From NCBI GenBank assembly GCA_013239625.1, contig MU055753.1, positions 2,472,702 through 2,536,701 of the forward strand: a DNA stretch of 64,000 nucleotides, read 5' to 3'. Under the pieces are notes generated by a model that was not told the origin of the DNA, made no database searches, and was given only the letters and a program-made list of their open reading frames with translations. The DNA is from Lama guanicoe (taxonomy: Eukaryota). Made by a program: the position numbers and the translations under genes. Below, piece by piece: positions 24,921-37,600 of this stretch. Each line of letters begins with the position of its first letter. Positions within the stretch are counted from its first letter, which is position 1.

Positions 24921-26430
24921 CGTGCTGAGCGTTTTACCCACAGTCTGCACTGGGTCCTTACAATGACTCTGCCGAGGGGGAACCACCCCCATTTCAGAGA
25001 TGAGAAAACTGAGGCTCAGAGATGTAAAGTCACATATCCAAGGGCACTGGAGGATGGCAGAACCCATTCTGCTGGGCTCAACTCTCCCCTGACCTCGCCC
25101 CTTCTGGCTGAGGTGACTACTTCCCAGGCTACCCCCACACCTCATACGTCCTCTCCATCTTCCTAAGTACAGGCGCTCCCCCAGGGCGGCTCCACCAGGC
25201 TCACAGGCAGCTCTTGGATATGGTAGATGAATATGTGGGCTGGAAAGGCTGGGAGAGGAAGAACCCTGTGAACCCCAGCACCTGAAGTATGTCCAGAGCA
25301 ATATAAACCCAGAGAGCCTGAGAGCAGGAAAGAGGGATGGGGCCACAGGATGGCAGGAAGACTCAGCCGGATGTCTGTGGGGTCCCACCTGTGGCCCAGG
25401 GGACAGACCGTGAGCTGTCTGCCTTTCTGTGGGGACTCTGGGTGGATGGCTTCCCATGTCCCATGGTTAGGACCAACTGAGAGGCCAGGCCAGTCTCCCC
25501 GCCCAGGCTGAGCAGCTCCAGCATCTCTGCTTGGCAGGAAGGGGAGACAAGACCCATGGTTGTTGATCCCTGTATACCAAACACCAGCTGAGCACTTTAC
25601 AAAGGTGGCCTCTGTGCGAACGACCGAAACCACAGCACCTAGTGCACTCCATGCTCCCAGCAGGGTACACTCATCATCTTCATTTTATACATAAGGGGCT
25701 GGGCACCAGGGCTCTGAGGGGAGGCTGGAAGGGGCACCAGAGGGTGCCTGAACAGGTGCACAGCCGGTGGGCAGGAGCAGGGCTTGTGCTGCTGCCAGGG
25801 GGAGGTTGCTGTGCAGCTGGGAAGGGGGCCAGCCCAGGCTGCAGCGAAGCAACCACTAGCTCTACTCTAGGCTGAGCCTCGGCAATTCTGCTGGCTCAGC
25901 GGCCCCTCCTTCTGGGATCATCCTCGGAGGCCTGACTTCCTGGAGGGCTGCCCAAGTCCCATGCCTCTGCATCCTCATACCCCTAGCAGGAGTAGTTGGC
26001 CTGCAGTGTCGTCCCCATCCCCAGGCTGAGAGGACCCCAGGAAGACGCACATCTCTGCTTCCATATGTGCCCTCCCATCAGCCTTGTGTTGCAGGCAGAG
26101 CTGCTGGCCCATTTTACAGATGAAGCAGCTGAGTGCAGGGAGCTGGTCCAGCGTTGCCAGGCTGGTCAGTAGCAGATTTAAGACTTCCTGACGCCTTCTA
26201 GGGCATTAGCCTCACCTACCAGGATGAATCTGGGAAAATCTGTACAACTCTCTTCCCAGGTCTGTCCTCCAGCAAGTGGACCACATAGCAAGATGCCCAC
26301 TGAGGAGTGATAAAGAGGTAACTGTTTGTTGGGTATAGTTGGAGCTGGAGCTGGGCAGAGAAAGGAGGTGAGGCAGCTATAGGCAGGGACCAGCTCATTT
26401 CCCACCTGATAATTCTAAATTGGGACTTGG

Positions 26431-26711
26431 AGGTGGGGGAGGGTATAGCTCAGTGGTAGAGTGCCTGCTTAGAATGCACAAGGTCCTGGGTTCAATCCCC
26501 AGTACCCTTTGTTAAAAATAGACAATAATATACTCCTGTTAATCAGGTAGATGAAAACCATTTTTTCTTTAAATTTAGGCTTTGAATACCTTTTGATAAT
26601 CTAAATTTAACTACCCTCTTAATTTGTATAATAAATCCTATATGCATAGTAAAAATAAATAAACCTAATTACCTCTCCCCCCCAAAAAATGGGAAAAAAG
26701 CTGAAATTTAA

Positions 26712-26739
<28 letters not shown>
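26431..26739 (+). mobile_element. tRNA-derived SINE (camelid Vic-1-like) with internal insertion and (TAAA)n tail
   Basis: GGGGAGGGTATAGCTCAGTGGTAGAG (A box)...GGGTTCAATCCCC (B box); TSD TAAATTGG(G/A)ACTTGG at 26416-26430 and 26740-26754. Confidence 0.85.
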
Positions 26740-26742
<3 letters not shown>

Positions 26743-27159
26743 ATTGGAACTTGGCCTTTCAGGTCATGAGGCAAGTATATTTGTCAAGGTAGGATGATAG
26801 AACACATTTTATTTACCAGGTTATTAGTATGATTTATTACATTTTATAACACTTAAATACTTAAACATTTGGTGTGTGGGCCTCTGTACTTTTATTCCAG
26901 GCCCTGCAAATGTTAGGCTCAAGCCAGAGTGGTTTACCTTAGCCAGCCAAAAATAATGGTAAGGATAATTGCTTTTTTTTTTTTTTTTGGTAGTGTTTCC
27001 TGTGTTCCAGACATGCTGCTAGGCTCTGCAGATACAAAGATGAATAAAATACAATTGCTACCCAGATGGCCCAGGTAAGGAGACCCCGGAATATCACAAT
27101 TCCCACAGAAGCTATTTGCTGAGATTTTACTAAGTTCCATTGTGAAGTGCTTTTTGAAT

Positions 27160-27400
27160 AGCATCACAATTAATCCTCAAATAATCTAAGGGGAGGTATC
27201 ACTTCGCCATTTTATGAAGGGGTAACCGAGACTCAGAAAAACAAAGTGACAAACCAGTTAAGACAAATGCAGAGGCCGATGTGGGTTCAAATCTCAGACT
27301 CATGACCTGGAGACTCGCAGACCTCAGGTGAGTCACTTGGCTTTTCTGAGCCTCACTTTCTTCAATTGTAAAAAAGGGCACAGTATGTCCAAGCTCATCT
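27160..27400. mobile_element. MIR fragments
   Basis: MIR core-like text (ccattttatgaaggggtaaccgagactcaga; agtcacttggcttttctgagcctcactttc). Similar MIR pieces at about 5860-5930, 7190-7255, 9270-9330, 10970-11100, 24950-25040, 62620-62730. Confidence 0.55.
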
Positions 27401-27954
27401 ATGAAGTGACCAGCATGGTCAGATGCCCAGGAATTAGTCACCATAAAGGGTGAGGGGACGGGCCCTTGGGTTTAGGACCCCCTCAGGGAGCCCAGCACCC
27501 TGGGACACCTACACTTGCTCCCTAAACTTCACAAGAGACCCCATAGAGGGTACTGATCAGCTGCCCAGATCAGGAAATCCCAGTGCCTGTGGCTTCCCCT
27601 CGTCCACACTCTGGCCACCTCCTTCCTGGACCAGCTTGATGGTCTGGGCCACAGGAAGAGGGGAGTCAGGCCATCATTTGTGTGAACCTCACCAAATGTT
27701 CTAACAACCTTGATGGGTTGGGGTAATGATCTGTCCCTCCCTGCAAATGAGGAAACAACCTGAGCCAGGACACAGACCCCAACTGGTCTATCTCTAGAAT
27801 GTTGCAGCCATACAAGGCAAGGACTCAAGGCTGAGACCCAAGAGGTCAGAAGGGTGAGACCCCTGTAGAGGAAGGTTAGTGTCTGTCCTGTGTAGGGCTC
27901 CCAAAGACTGTGGCTGGAGGCTAGAGGGTGAGTAGGCTTGTGTGGGGGTTCAGA

Positions 27955-28125
27955 TTGGTGCTGGGCAGGGCTGTGACCCCATAGGTGCTGGGTGCGGGGG
28001 ATTGAGACCCCCTTGGTGGTGTATCTGAAGAGTTACACCCCAGTTGGTGCTGGGGATGGAGGAGCTGAGACCTTGGTGGTAGATGTGGGGGTAGCACCCC
28101 CGTTGGTATTGGGCGGGTGCACTGA
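27955..28125. repeat. degenerate ~30-bp tandem repeat
   Basis: Six units beginning (T/C)TGGTG(C/G)T and mostly ending (G/C)ACCCC. Confidence 0.5.
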
Positions 28126-28199
28126 GGTTGGGGTTCAGATTGAGGCGGGGTCTGTTGCCTTGCATTGTTTGTGGAGAGAGCCAGAGGCTGTAAGGCAAG

Positions 28200-29400
28200 A
28201 AGGTGCAGTTGGTGGAAGAGAGGGTGGGGCGGCGGCGGCGGGGGTAGTGTGGGTGGGGGGCAGGTTCCCTGACACTGAATTCATTATTGGGAGATTCCTC
28301 TTCACAATCCCTCGACACCTCCCACGGGAACCACGGGCCAGAAATGTCTGACAGCCTCTGGCGGGCTAGCTCCCGTGCCGCCAGTGCCCGGGTCTCTCTA
28401 TGCCCGGGTCCCCGCCCGCCCACTGCCTCGAGTCCCTCCCTCCGTGGGTCCCGCAGCCTCTGCAAGCCTCTCTCAGGCTCTGCCTGGCGCCGCTGCCGTG
28501 TCGGGGCTCAGTGTCCAGCCCCTGGCGGCTGCTGTCCCCAGCCCCTGGCAGTCGCCCGGTGCCGAGGGGTGTCCGCAGAGGCCCGGCGTGAGCCGCACAG
28601 CCAGCACGTGGGGAGGGGGCGTCTTGGGAGGACGCGGCCTGATGTAGGGGCGGAGCCAAGGAGCCGGGCGCGCGACCGGCGCGGGCGGAGGAGGAGGCAG
28701 CGGGGGAGGGAGGAGGATGCGGCCGGTGCGGCGGGGCCGCCGTTGCCGCCTCTGAGTCGNNNNNNNNNNNNNNNNNNNNNNNNNNNNNNNNNNNNNNNNN
28801 NNNNNNNNNNNNNNNNNNNNNNNNNNNNNNNNNNNNNNNNNNNNNNNNNNNNNNNNNNNNNNNNNNNNNNNNNNNNNNNNNNNNNNNNNNNNNNNNNNNN
28901 NNNNNNNNNNNNNNNGCGGGGCGTGCGGGGGACGGGCGGGAGCTGCGGCGCGCCCGGGGGCTGTCTCCAGCGTTGAACCCCCCACCCCGCCCAGCGCAGG
29001 GCAGGGAGGGGGGATGTTGTTGGGTCCCCGGGGGCGGGGCGGGGCCAGCAGCGCCCAGACCCTCGGTCCGCACCCCCCCCGTTGCCAGCCCTCAAGGAGG
29101 GGCAGCACCAAGCGCCCTGCCGTCACTCGAGCCCCCCAGCGGGTAACTGGAGGCACCCACCTCCCTGACCGCAGGCGTTCGCATCCCTCTCTCCCTGCCT
29201 CCGTCCCCCTCCTTTCCTGGGCTGCGGACTGACAGCTGGAGGTCTCTGCTGGGCCTTTAAAGGGCGAGGCGGATTCCCCCCTTCCCCGACACCACGGAGA
29301 GAGGGAGGGGCCCTTTGCAGTGAGGGGCGACTACTGAGCTGACAGTCTCTGTCAGACCCCGTCACCGCACCGTGTTTAATAACAGGCTTGGCAGGGGAGT
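28200..29400 (+). promoter_or_regulatory. CASKIN1 CpG-island promoter; coding exon 1 inferred inside gap 28760-28915
   Basis: CpG/GC-box-rich on both sides of a 156-N gap; the N-terminal coding exon is not visible elsewhere upstream of exon 2. Confidence 0.75.
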
Positions 29401-31756
29401 GGGAGGCAGGACCATGCTGGGGGTGTGGCTGCACAGGCATGGCCGGCTGGGAGCCATTTACGGATGGGGGAACAGAGGCCCAAGGTCGCCCAGGCCAGAG
29501 CTGGCAGAGCTTGAGGCAGGTGCAGACCCTGCAGTAGAGACCCTGGTCCTCTCTGGCTTCCTTGCTGGGAATGGGGGCTGGGGGGCAGGAGGGGGTCTCC
29601 CAGGAGCCATCCTGAGCTTGCGCTCTGAGGGCCCGGGGGGATGGTTGGAAGCTTGGAGCCCTGATCCCAGCACTCATCCCAGCTCAGCCTGGAGCCTCCC
29701 CCGGGGACACAGGAGATGGATGGATGGGCGTGTGGACCAGCCGTGTGTGCGACTGCGCACGTATGGCTGTGTCAGTGTGTCAGGGCACCTGTGAGGGTGC
29801 GAGCAGGGCTCTGATGGGTGGCAGATGGAGTCTGGGTGCCCCACCCAGCCCCAGAACTGTATGTAAGCCAGGGAGGCCTCCCTCCCCTCTCTCCAGGGGA
29901 GATGCTGAGAGCTGAGACTACTTCTGGGGCAGGTAGGGCGTAGGTGCTTGAGCCCCAGGAGGACCCCTCCCACTGCAGCCCCTGCTTGGCTGCTCCAGTC
30001 TGCTCTGTGCAACTAGAGAGCTGCACATCGTGCCTCACAAGCTCACACACACAGGCCGGCCCTGCCTTCCAAACCCGAGGTGCAGGGACAGTCTGCCAGT
30101 TGGGGCTGGTTTCAGGGCCTCAGGGCTCAGAAAGGGAGGGCTTTCAGGCAGAGGCGGCCTCAACTGAGCCTCAAAAGCAGGAGCAGGTATTGAGAGGTGG
30201 AAGGCAAGGCAAAGGCTTCCACCTAGTGGCCAATCCGACCTTGGGCATAGACAGTCTCTGGGCTTCAGTCTCCTCATCTGTAGGATGGGGGCGTTTGTGG
30301 TCCCTGCCTTGCAGCATTGTCTAAGAGCAGTGAGTGCAGGCATGAAGCCCAGGCGCTTGGTAAGTGGTCAGGAAGTGCTCACTATGGCCATTTCCTTAGA
30401 CTGCGCAGGGCGGGTGCGCGGAGGAAGTAGGGGCATCAGATTTGGGGGTTCCTCCTCACTTCTCCTCTGGCCACCTGGGAATGGTGTGGGGACTTTTACC
30501 TCTACCTGTGTCTCCACCTGGGTCTCTACATTCACCCCTGCATGGCCTGGTCTCTGGGCAGGAGAGACACCTGCCCTGGCCCCCGAATCTGGGCTCTCTG
30601 ACCCACAGGGGCAGGCATAATAAATCAGACAGAGAAATCCCTCCATGAATTAGCTCGGTTGTCATGGCAACACTGGCCTGCTTTGGAGTAAGATGTATTT
30701 TGATTCAGCAAAGTACAGCTGGAGTTTGGGCCATGGGGTGGGGGGTGTCCAGCAGTGCTCCCTAGGGAGCTCCCCCACTCCAGAGGTGTTTCCATGATTC
30801 TTGATGCACACTGTCCTCCCTGCATTGACACCTTCCTGTCTCCTCAACCTCCCAGTGTCGCCCCAGGCTCTGTCAGCCCCACTCCTGCCTGAAGGGAGCC
30901 TCTCCTCACATGCACCAGCACCAGCACCCTAGCAGTTGTTGTCCCTGAAGAGAGACAAGACGGCTTGGAAGGGAAAATTCAGGGATAGGGGCTGATCTTC
31001 TAGGGTGTGGGGGGTCACCCTGCCCTTCTTCCTGGCTCAGCCTCCCCTTTCCCCAAATTCACTGGAGGCAGACAATCACTCCTGTGCTCTCTCACCTTGG
31101 CCCACTAAGATTTCTCTTCCAGCATCTGGCTCAGAGCTGCCTGCCCTGGGGGAGCTGAGAATATGCCTTGCCTGGCTGGAGGCTACAAGGCTCAGCCAAT
31201 CTGAGATGGGTCAGAACCACACCCCTGTAGGGGACAGATATGGCTCTGTGAAAGTAGCCTGTGAGTGGCCTCCGTGGTTGGAGGAGCACCTGGGCAGAGG
31301 CGTGAAGGGAGGCCATGAGGATAGGGTGCGACAGGGTCTGGGGTTGGCTCCCCTAGGGCTTCTGCAGCTGGAGTTGGAGCTGACCTCAAAGGTAGGGATG
31401 GTCACAGGAAAGCAGTTAGAGAGCTGGGGGGCGCAAGAGACCAGAGAGCCCAAGTCACAGGTTTACTCACTATTACTGATGGGAATCCATAGGATTTAGT
31501 GCCCTTGCAGAAAAGTGAAAAGGGCTCCTGGGGCCTTCAGCTTAGTCCCCACTTGCCTGCTTCTCCCCACCGACCCAGGGCCCTCCAGCAATGCTCTGCT
31601 CCTTCTTCATTCAGAGCTTCTGTCTCCTTGAGATGCAACCTCCCCAGCCCCAGGCAGGCTTCCATTCTGGGATCTTCCCAGGTGTCCAGTGTCCCCCATA
31701 GGAACTGGGGGTGCTCCAAGACCTCAAGCTCCCCTCCATCCAATTCCAGCTCTTTT

Positions 31757-31858
31757 CCTCTTTTCTTTTTTTTTTTTTTCAAAGGCTGTACTGGGGATTG
31801 TACCCAAGACCTGGTGCATGCTAAGCACGCACTCTACCAATGAGCTGTTACCCTTCCC
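31757..31858 (-). mobile_element. tRNA-derived SINE (Vic-1-like)
   Basis: Reverse complement GGGGAAGGGTAACAGCTCATTGGTAGAGTGCGTGCTTAGCATGCACCAGGTCTTGGGTACAATCCCCAGTAC plus poly(A); TSD CCAGCTCTTTT. Confidence 0.85.
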
Positions 31859-32499
31859 CCAGCTCTTTTTGCCTTGGAAGAGACCAACAGCGGGGAGGGA
31901 TGGGATGACCTTAACATGATGCCCCTCCTCATGTGGGGAGTGGTCCCCTTCTGGATGGAGACTCCACCTCTTCACTGGTGTCTGTGTCAATTCCCGGGCC
32001 TTGAACATCAACCCCTCTGAAATTTCAGCTCCAGTAGGTGCAGGCAGGTGAGCCTGGCCACAGGCTCCACTCAGGACACCTGGCTTGGCAGCTGCCTGGG
32101 AGCCCAGCTGTGGGAATGAGGAGAGGAACGTGGCCTGGGAAGTCTTGAGGGAGAAGCTGAGAACTGGCTACACTGGAACTAAGAAGAGTTAGTGGGGACA
32201 GCGACCATTAGAGTTGGGGCTGAGTGTTCCAGTGGGAGAACATGCTGAGTGTGGCCCTGAGCAGGGTTGGGGGGATGCCATGGGACAGTGATGTCTGTGC
32301 TCCCTTCAGCCTAATGACAGGGGACTGTGGCAGGCCCAGCTGCATCATTCACAGAGCCCAGTGCAAAATGAAAGTGTGGGCTGCCTTGTCCAAAAAATCA
32401 GAATTTCAAGATAGCAACACCAGAGCATCCAACCATGCTTGGGGCTCTCCAGAGTGGCTGCATGCTTGAAGCTGGCCGTGGCAGGTGGATGGAGTGCAT

Positions 32500-33240
32500 G
32501 AGATGAGGGTATCAATTCAGTCACCAGTTCACTGAGCACCTCGTATGCGCCCAGTACCATTTTAGTCACCAGGTCACTTGTCTTCTTGGAGCTTGTAGTT
32601 TAGTGATGCAGATGAACAATAAACAAAATAAATGGTGGTAATGGGGGCTAAAGAGAAAAATACAACAGATACAGGGTGGAAAGGGGATAAGCGTTTTAGG
32701 TGGGAGTGGGGGAGGCTTTGCCAAGCAGGTCCCGGGATAACGGAGGGAAGAATAGCGCCCCCCCCCCACAGCATGTTAAATGCCCTGTGGCAGAGGAGGC
32801 TGGTGTGTTGGAGTGCCATCAAGGAGCCTCATGTGGCTGGAACAGGGGAAATGAGGAACTCAAAGTGAAAGGAGCTACCTCATGCAGTGCCATTGTCCAG
32901 CTTTGGCCTCCAACCTCAGTGAGACAGGGGCTCAACAGAAGAGTCTTCAGGAGAGAAGCAATTGGAACAGACTCATGTTCTAACGGGATCCCCCTGACCT
33001 CACGGGCATAGACTGGAGGGGGGCAGGGTAGAAGTGGGGATGCCAGTGAGGAGGTGATGGCAATCATTCTTCGAGAGATGCTGGCCTGGCCCAGGGTGGT
33101 GATGCTGGCACTGGTGAGAGATGGTAGGATTCTGAGTGTGCTTTGGAAGTGTCTTGAAGGTAGAGCCAAGAGGATTTGCTGATGGAGAAGACAGACTTAA
33201 GAAAGAACCTGGGGCTGATTCCAAGGTTTTGGCCTAGACC
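32500..33240. mobile_element. L2 fragment(s) in CASKIN1 intron 1
   Basis: cactgagcacctcgtatgcgcc...ccagtgaggaggtgatggcaatcatt...ttgaaggtagagccaagaggatttgctgatgg...tccaaggttttggcct. Confidence 0.6.
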
Positions 33241-34600
33241 ACCAAGGGGAAGGGTGGCAGTGCTGCCAACTTAGGCGGACATCAGCACAGCGAAGTGTCT
33301 GAGCAGAGGGGGAGGGGCAGGGGAGTGGAGATGCTTCTCTTTCTGGAGCCTCCGTTCTGTGCCAGAGAAGCCCTGCACTGGAGAGGGTGGGACTCCTATA
33401 GAGCTAACATTAGTGATTGTCACGAACTGAACCGACTGTGTGCCAGACCCTTCCTGTGTTGTCTGGAAATGCCCTTAGGCCTGCGAGGCCAGCCCTATTA
33501 GAACCTTTAAGCTCAGGGCCAAGGCCACAGGGCCACTAAGGGGCAGAGGGAATATATGAATTCAGGCCTGTCTGACTTTGTGGGCTTCGTGGGCCACTGA
33601 GGGACCCAGACCCTGCATCCAGCAGCTGAGAACCAAGGCAGGAGGGCCCAGGGCTGCTGTGGGTCACGAAGCAGGCCCTGCAGCAGCAGCCCACCCTGTG
33701 ACTTGACTCCCTTAGCCCCCCACCCCCACCCTTGTCCTGGGCCGGGACAAAGGGGCTTCTGTCCCGCCAGCCCCTCCCTCCCAGAGTGACTGACCCACAA
33801 ATGGGTTATATAACCATGGCCCAGACAGGCAGGGGATTGGCCCTAGTCCGGCTGGACCTGAGCCCATGGGGAGGGCATCAGTGGGCTCCCCTCCTCTGGT
33901 AGGCAGCTGGTGGAGACTGGGGCCCCAAAGGGAGGGTTTGAGCCCCTGGGGCTTCAGGTAGACTGATCCTGAGCCTCCCCCTGTAGACAAGGTGGCCATT
34001 CTCATGTGGTCACTCAGAGGCACCGACCCACTTGCCTGCCTTTTTCCCACCCTCCCTAATACGGGCTCATCTACACTGGCCAGGCCCAAGGCTGGGAGTG
34101 GGGGGAGGCTGCACCCTGGAAATTGAGATCTTTCCCAGAGATACCCCCATTTCCGGGTGTTCCAGCCTTCCTGGGCCACCCCCGGCCCCATCTGGGCCCT
34201 TCTGAGAGACAGATTGGGCTGGCTTTCTCCCTCCCACCATTGGCAGGTGCTCAGCCAGCGTCCCAATGGAGGGGGTTCATGTGCACATGTGTGTGCCTGT
34301 GGGGGTGCACAGCCCTGGCTTCTGTCCCCAGGCAAGGACAGGCCCTGTGAACCTTCCAACATCTTAGCTCAGTGGGAAGCCAACATCTGAAAGCTGGTAC
34401 CTGGACCTGAGTGCAGGGAATAGAGTTGAATGAATGAATGAATGTTTCTAGACTAATAACCCAGGGAGCTTTGGCTCTGAGCCTGCCAGGGAGCCAGCCA
34501 GTCACTATCTGTCTGTTCTGAGGCTTCCCAGAGAGGGCAGGTAGGTAGGCCTCAGTAGAGGGGCAGAGCCTCCCTCACTGTGTCTCCTTTCCACCCCCAG

Positions 34601-37600
34601 AGCTCCTGGGCTCCACCAAGAAGATCAATGTCAATTTCCAAGACCCAGATGGGTGAGTTCTCAGCAAGGAAGATGCCAGTCTGGAATGGGGGTTAGGGAC
34701 TTCTGGGGACATCTAGGGTGCCCCGGTCCTTGCCCATACGTATCTGTCACCTACCCCAGCTTCTCTGCCTTGCACCACGCGGCCCTGAATGGCAACACGG
34801 AATTAATCACCCTGCTGCTGGAGGCCCAGGCTGCTGTGGACATCAAGGACAACAAAGGCAAGTCCTGTTAGGGACCTCAGAACTGGGGCAGGGGGTCAAG
34901 GTCAGGAGTGGGGTCCCTGGAGGATCAGCCCAGGGTCGTGGTCTGGGTAGAGGCAGGTTCTCGTGGGATCGGCATCCTGGAGGTCAGGGTTGGGGTCAGG
35001 GTCAGGAGCTAGCTCCCAGCGGCTCCCACCTGCCCCCAGGCATGCGGCCGCTGCACTATGCAGCCTGGCAGGGCCGGAAGGAGCCCATGAAGCTGGTGCT
35101 GAAGGCAGGCTCAGCGGTGAACATCCCGTCCGATGAGGGCCACATCCCCCTGCACTTGGCAGCCCAGCATGGTCACTATGACGTGGTAAGGACCACCCTG
35201 GGGGCTGACAGGGCACCTGGGGCAGCATGAGCCCCACAGAAAACCTCAGGCCTGATGGTCCCTGCAGTCTGAGATGCTGCTCCAGCACCAATCCAACCCG
35301 TGCATGGTGGACAACTCGGGGAAGACACCCCTGGACCTTGCCTGTGAGTTCGGCCGTGTTGGGGTAAGTCTCCCAGGGAGCTGAGTGGGACTGCACCTGC
35401 TCCACCTTCTTCTGAGGTGGGAATCGTGGGACACATCTGCAACCCCCAACCCCATTTCTGGGCCCCCCTACTCTGACTCCTCCTTCAAGGTGGTCCAGCT
35501 GCTCCTGAGCAGCAACATGTGTGCGGCCTTGCTGGAGCCCCGGCCTGGGGACACCACCGACCCCAATGGCACCAGCCCCCTGCACCTGGCAGCCAAGAAT
35601 GGCCACATCGACATCATCAGGTATGGCCGTGTTGGGGCGGGGTAAGGAGCACTCAGCCTCCAGGTTCCTGCTCTTGGCTGGGCTATGAGACAGGAGGAGC
35701 CAGGGAGCCATGGGGATGTGGTCAGGCCTCCGGGTGCGAAGGATGCCTCCAGCCACCCACGTGAAGAATGTACCAGAAGGGGCGGCGAGGTCAGCCTCTA
35801 CAGCCCCACAGCCTATGCTGCTTGCTGGGTCATCTTGTGGAGGCCCTGAACTTCTCTGAGCCTCAGTTTCCCCATCCTTAAAGTGGGCATCACAGCAGTG
35901 CTCCTATTATAACGAGACAAGATAACAGCGTGAAGGGTTCGTCCAGGGAGGGGCACTTCTACAAGTGCTCCATCACTGTCTTGTCAGGGAGGTGGGACAG
36001 GGTTGGTTTATTCTCAGGCCCCCAGGACTTGGAGCCCGGCTTGGGGGTGCTGGGGTGGAGGGCTCCTGTGCAAGACCCCGCTGGCTCCTCCTACCTCCCC
36101 ACCAGACTCCTCCTCCAAGCCGGCATTGACATCAACCGCCAGACCAAGTCTGGCACAGCCCTGCACGAGGCCGCACTCTGCGGGAAGACAGAAGTGGTTC
36201 GGCTGCTGTTGGATGTGAGTCAGTGGGCTGGGGGATCTGGGGTCACATGTGGGTGTCGGGGGGGCGCTTCTGATGGGCCTCGCCCTCTGGCACACAGAGC
36301 GGGATCAATGCCCATGTAAGAAATACCTACAGCCAGACGGCCCTGGACATCGTGCACCAGTTCACCACCTCCCAGGCCAGCAAGGAGATCAAGCAGCTGC
36401 TGCGAGGTGGGCCCGGGCAGGGCAGGTGGGCAGGGGCAGAGCCTGGGCCGGGCTGGCTCACAGGACTGGGGGGTCTGCTGCCTCCTGTGTCCCCAGAGGC
36501 TTCGGCGGCCCTGCAGGTCCGGGCAACCAAGGATTATTGCAACAACTATGACCTGACCAGCCTCAATGTGAAAGCAGGGGACATTATCACAGTAAGGATG
36601 GCCAGGGGTTGCTGGAGCCAGGAGGGGCGGGATGCTTACCCCACAACACCCAGCAGAACTTGGGGGGCGTGGGAGTCTGAGCAGGAGGCCCAAGCCATCC
36701 AGCTGCTTGACCTGGAGGGGCGTTTCCCTGAGCATACTCCCCCCACCTCATCTGGCCAGGTCCTTGAGCAGCATCCAGATGGCCGGTGGAAGGGCTGTAT
36801 CCATGACAACAGGACAGGCAACGACCGTGTGGGCTACTTCCCGTCCTCCTTGGGCGAGGCCATTGTCAAGCGAGCAGGCAAGTCCCCCTCCAGGCCTGAG
36901 CTCGGGCCAGAAGGAAGCACGTGCACGGATGTGTCAGCTGAAAGGGCAAGGACCAAGCTCTAGCCACTGCTAGGTGTAGGATCTGGAGTGGGGTCGAGCA
37001 GTGTGTCTTGCCAGCTGTCCCCTCATCTGTGTCCCCACACCCACTTCTTTTATTCAGCAGACCTTGCAGGTTAGCCACTCAGAATAGACGGTGACCCAGA
37101 TGGACATCATTCCTGCTCTCCAGGAGCTTGCCCTTGGGGAGGGAGGGGAGCAGAGGACAGTGGAATAAACATAGAAGGTACCAGCCACTGACAGAGAATG
37201 TGGATGGAGACAGCTGTAGACAGGGCAGTCAGAGAAGGCCCTGAGAAATGGGAGGGGCTGGCCGCGGGCAGCAAACAGGCAGCGGGAACCACGTGTTTGA
37301 AGGCTGGGAGGCAAGAAAGAGTGTGATGAGTATGAGTCCAAAGGAGGCTGGTGTGGCTGACTTGGTGAGGGAGAGGGGCACAGGAGAAAGCCCTAGGGCC
37401 ATGGGGAGATCGGTTTACCCCATACCAAGGACATGGAGATTGACAGGTGGGGTGAGAGGGCAGAGGAGGGCCAGTTATGAGGTGAAGCCAGCCCACCCAC
37501 AGACCTCTAGGTCCCTGGTTTGAGGACCCTGGTCCCAGGCTCCTGGGGGCCTCTTCCCTCTCCCTGCTACCCTGGCACAGAGGGATTTGCACCCTCCTGC

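Noticed and set aside
26436-26507. tRNA-like sequence
   Set aside because: It has a TSD, an A-rich tail and a second copy at 31757-31858, so it is a SINE head, not a tRNA gene.
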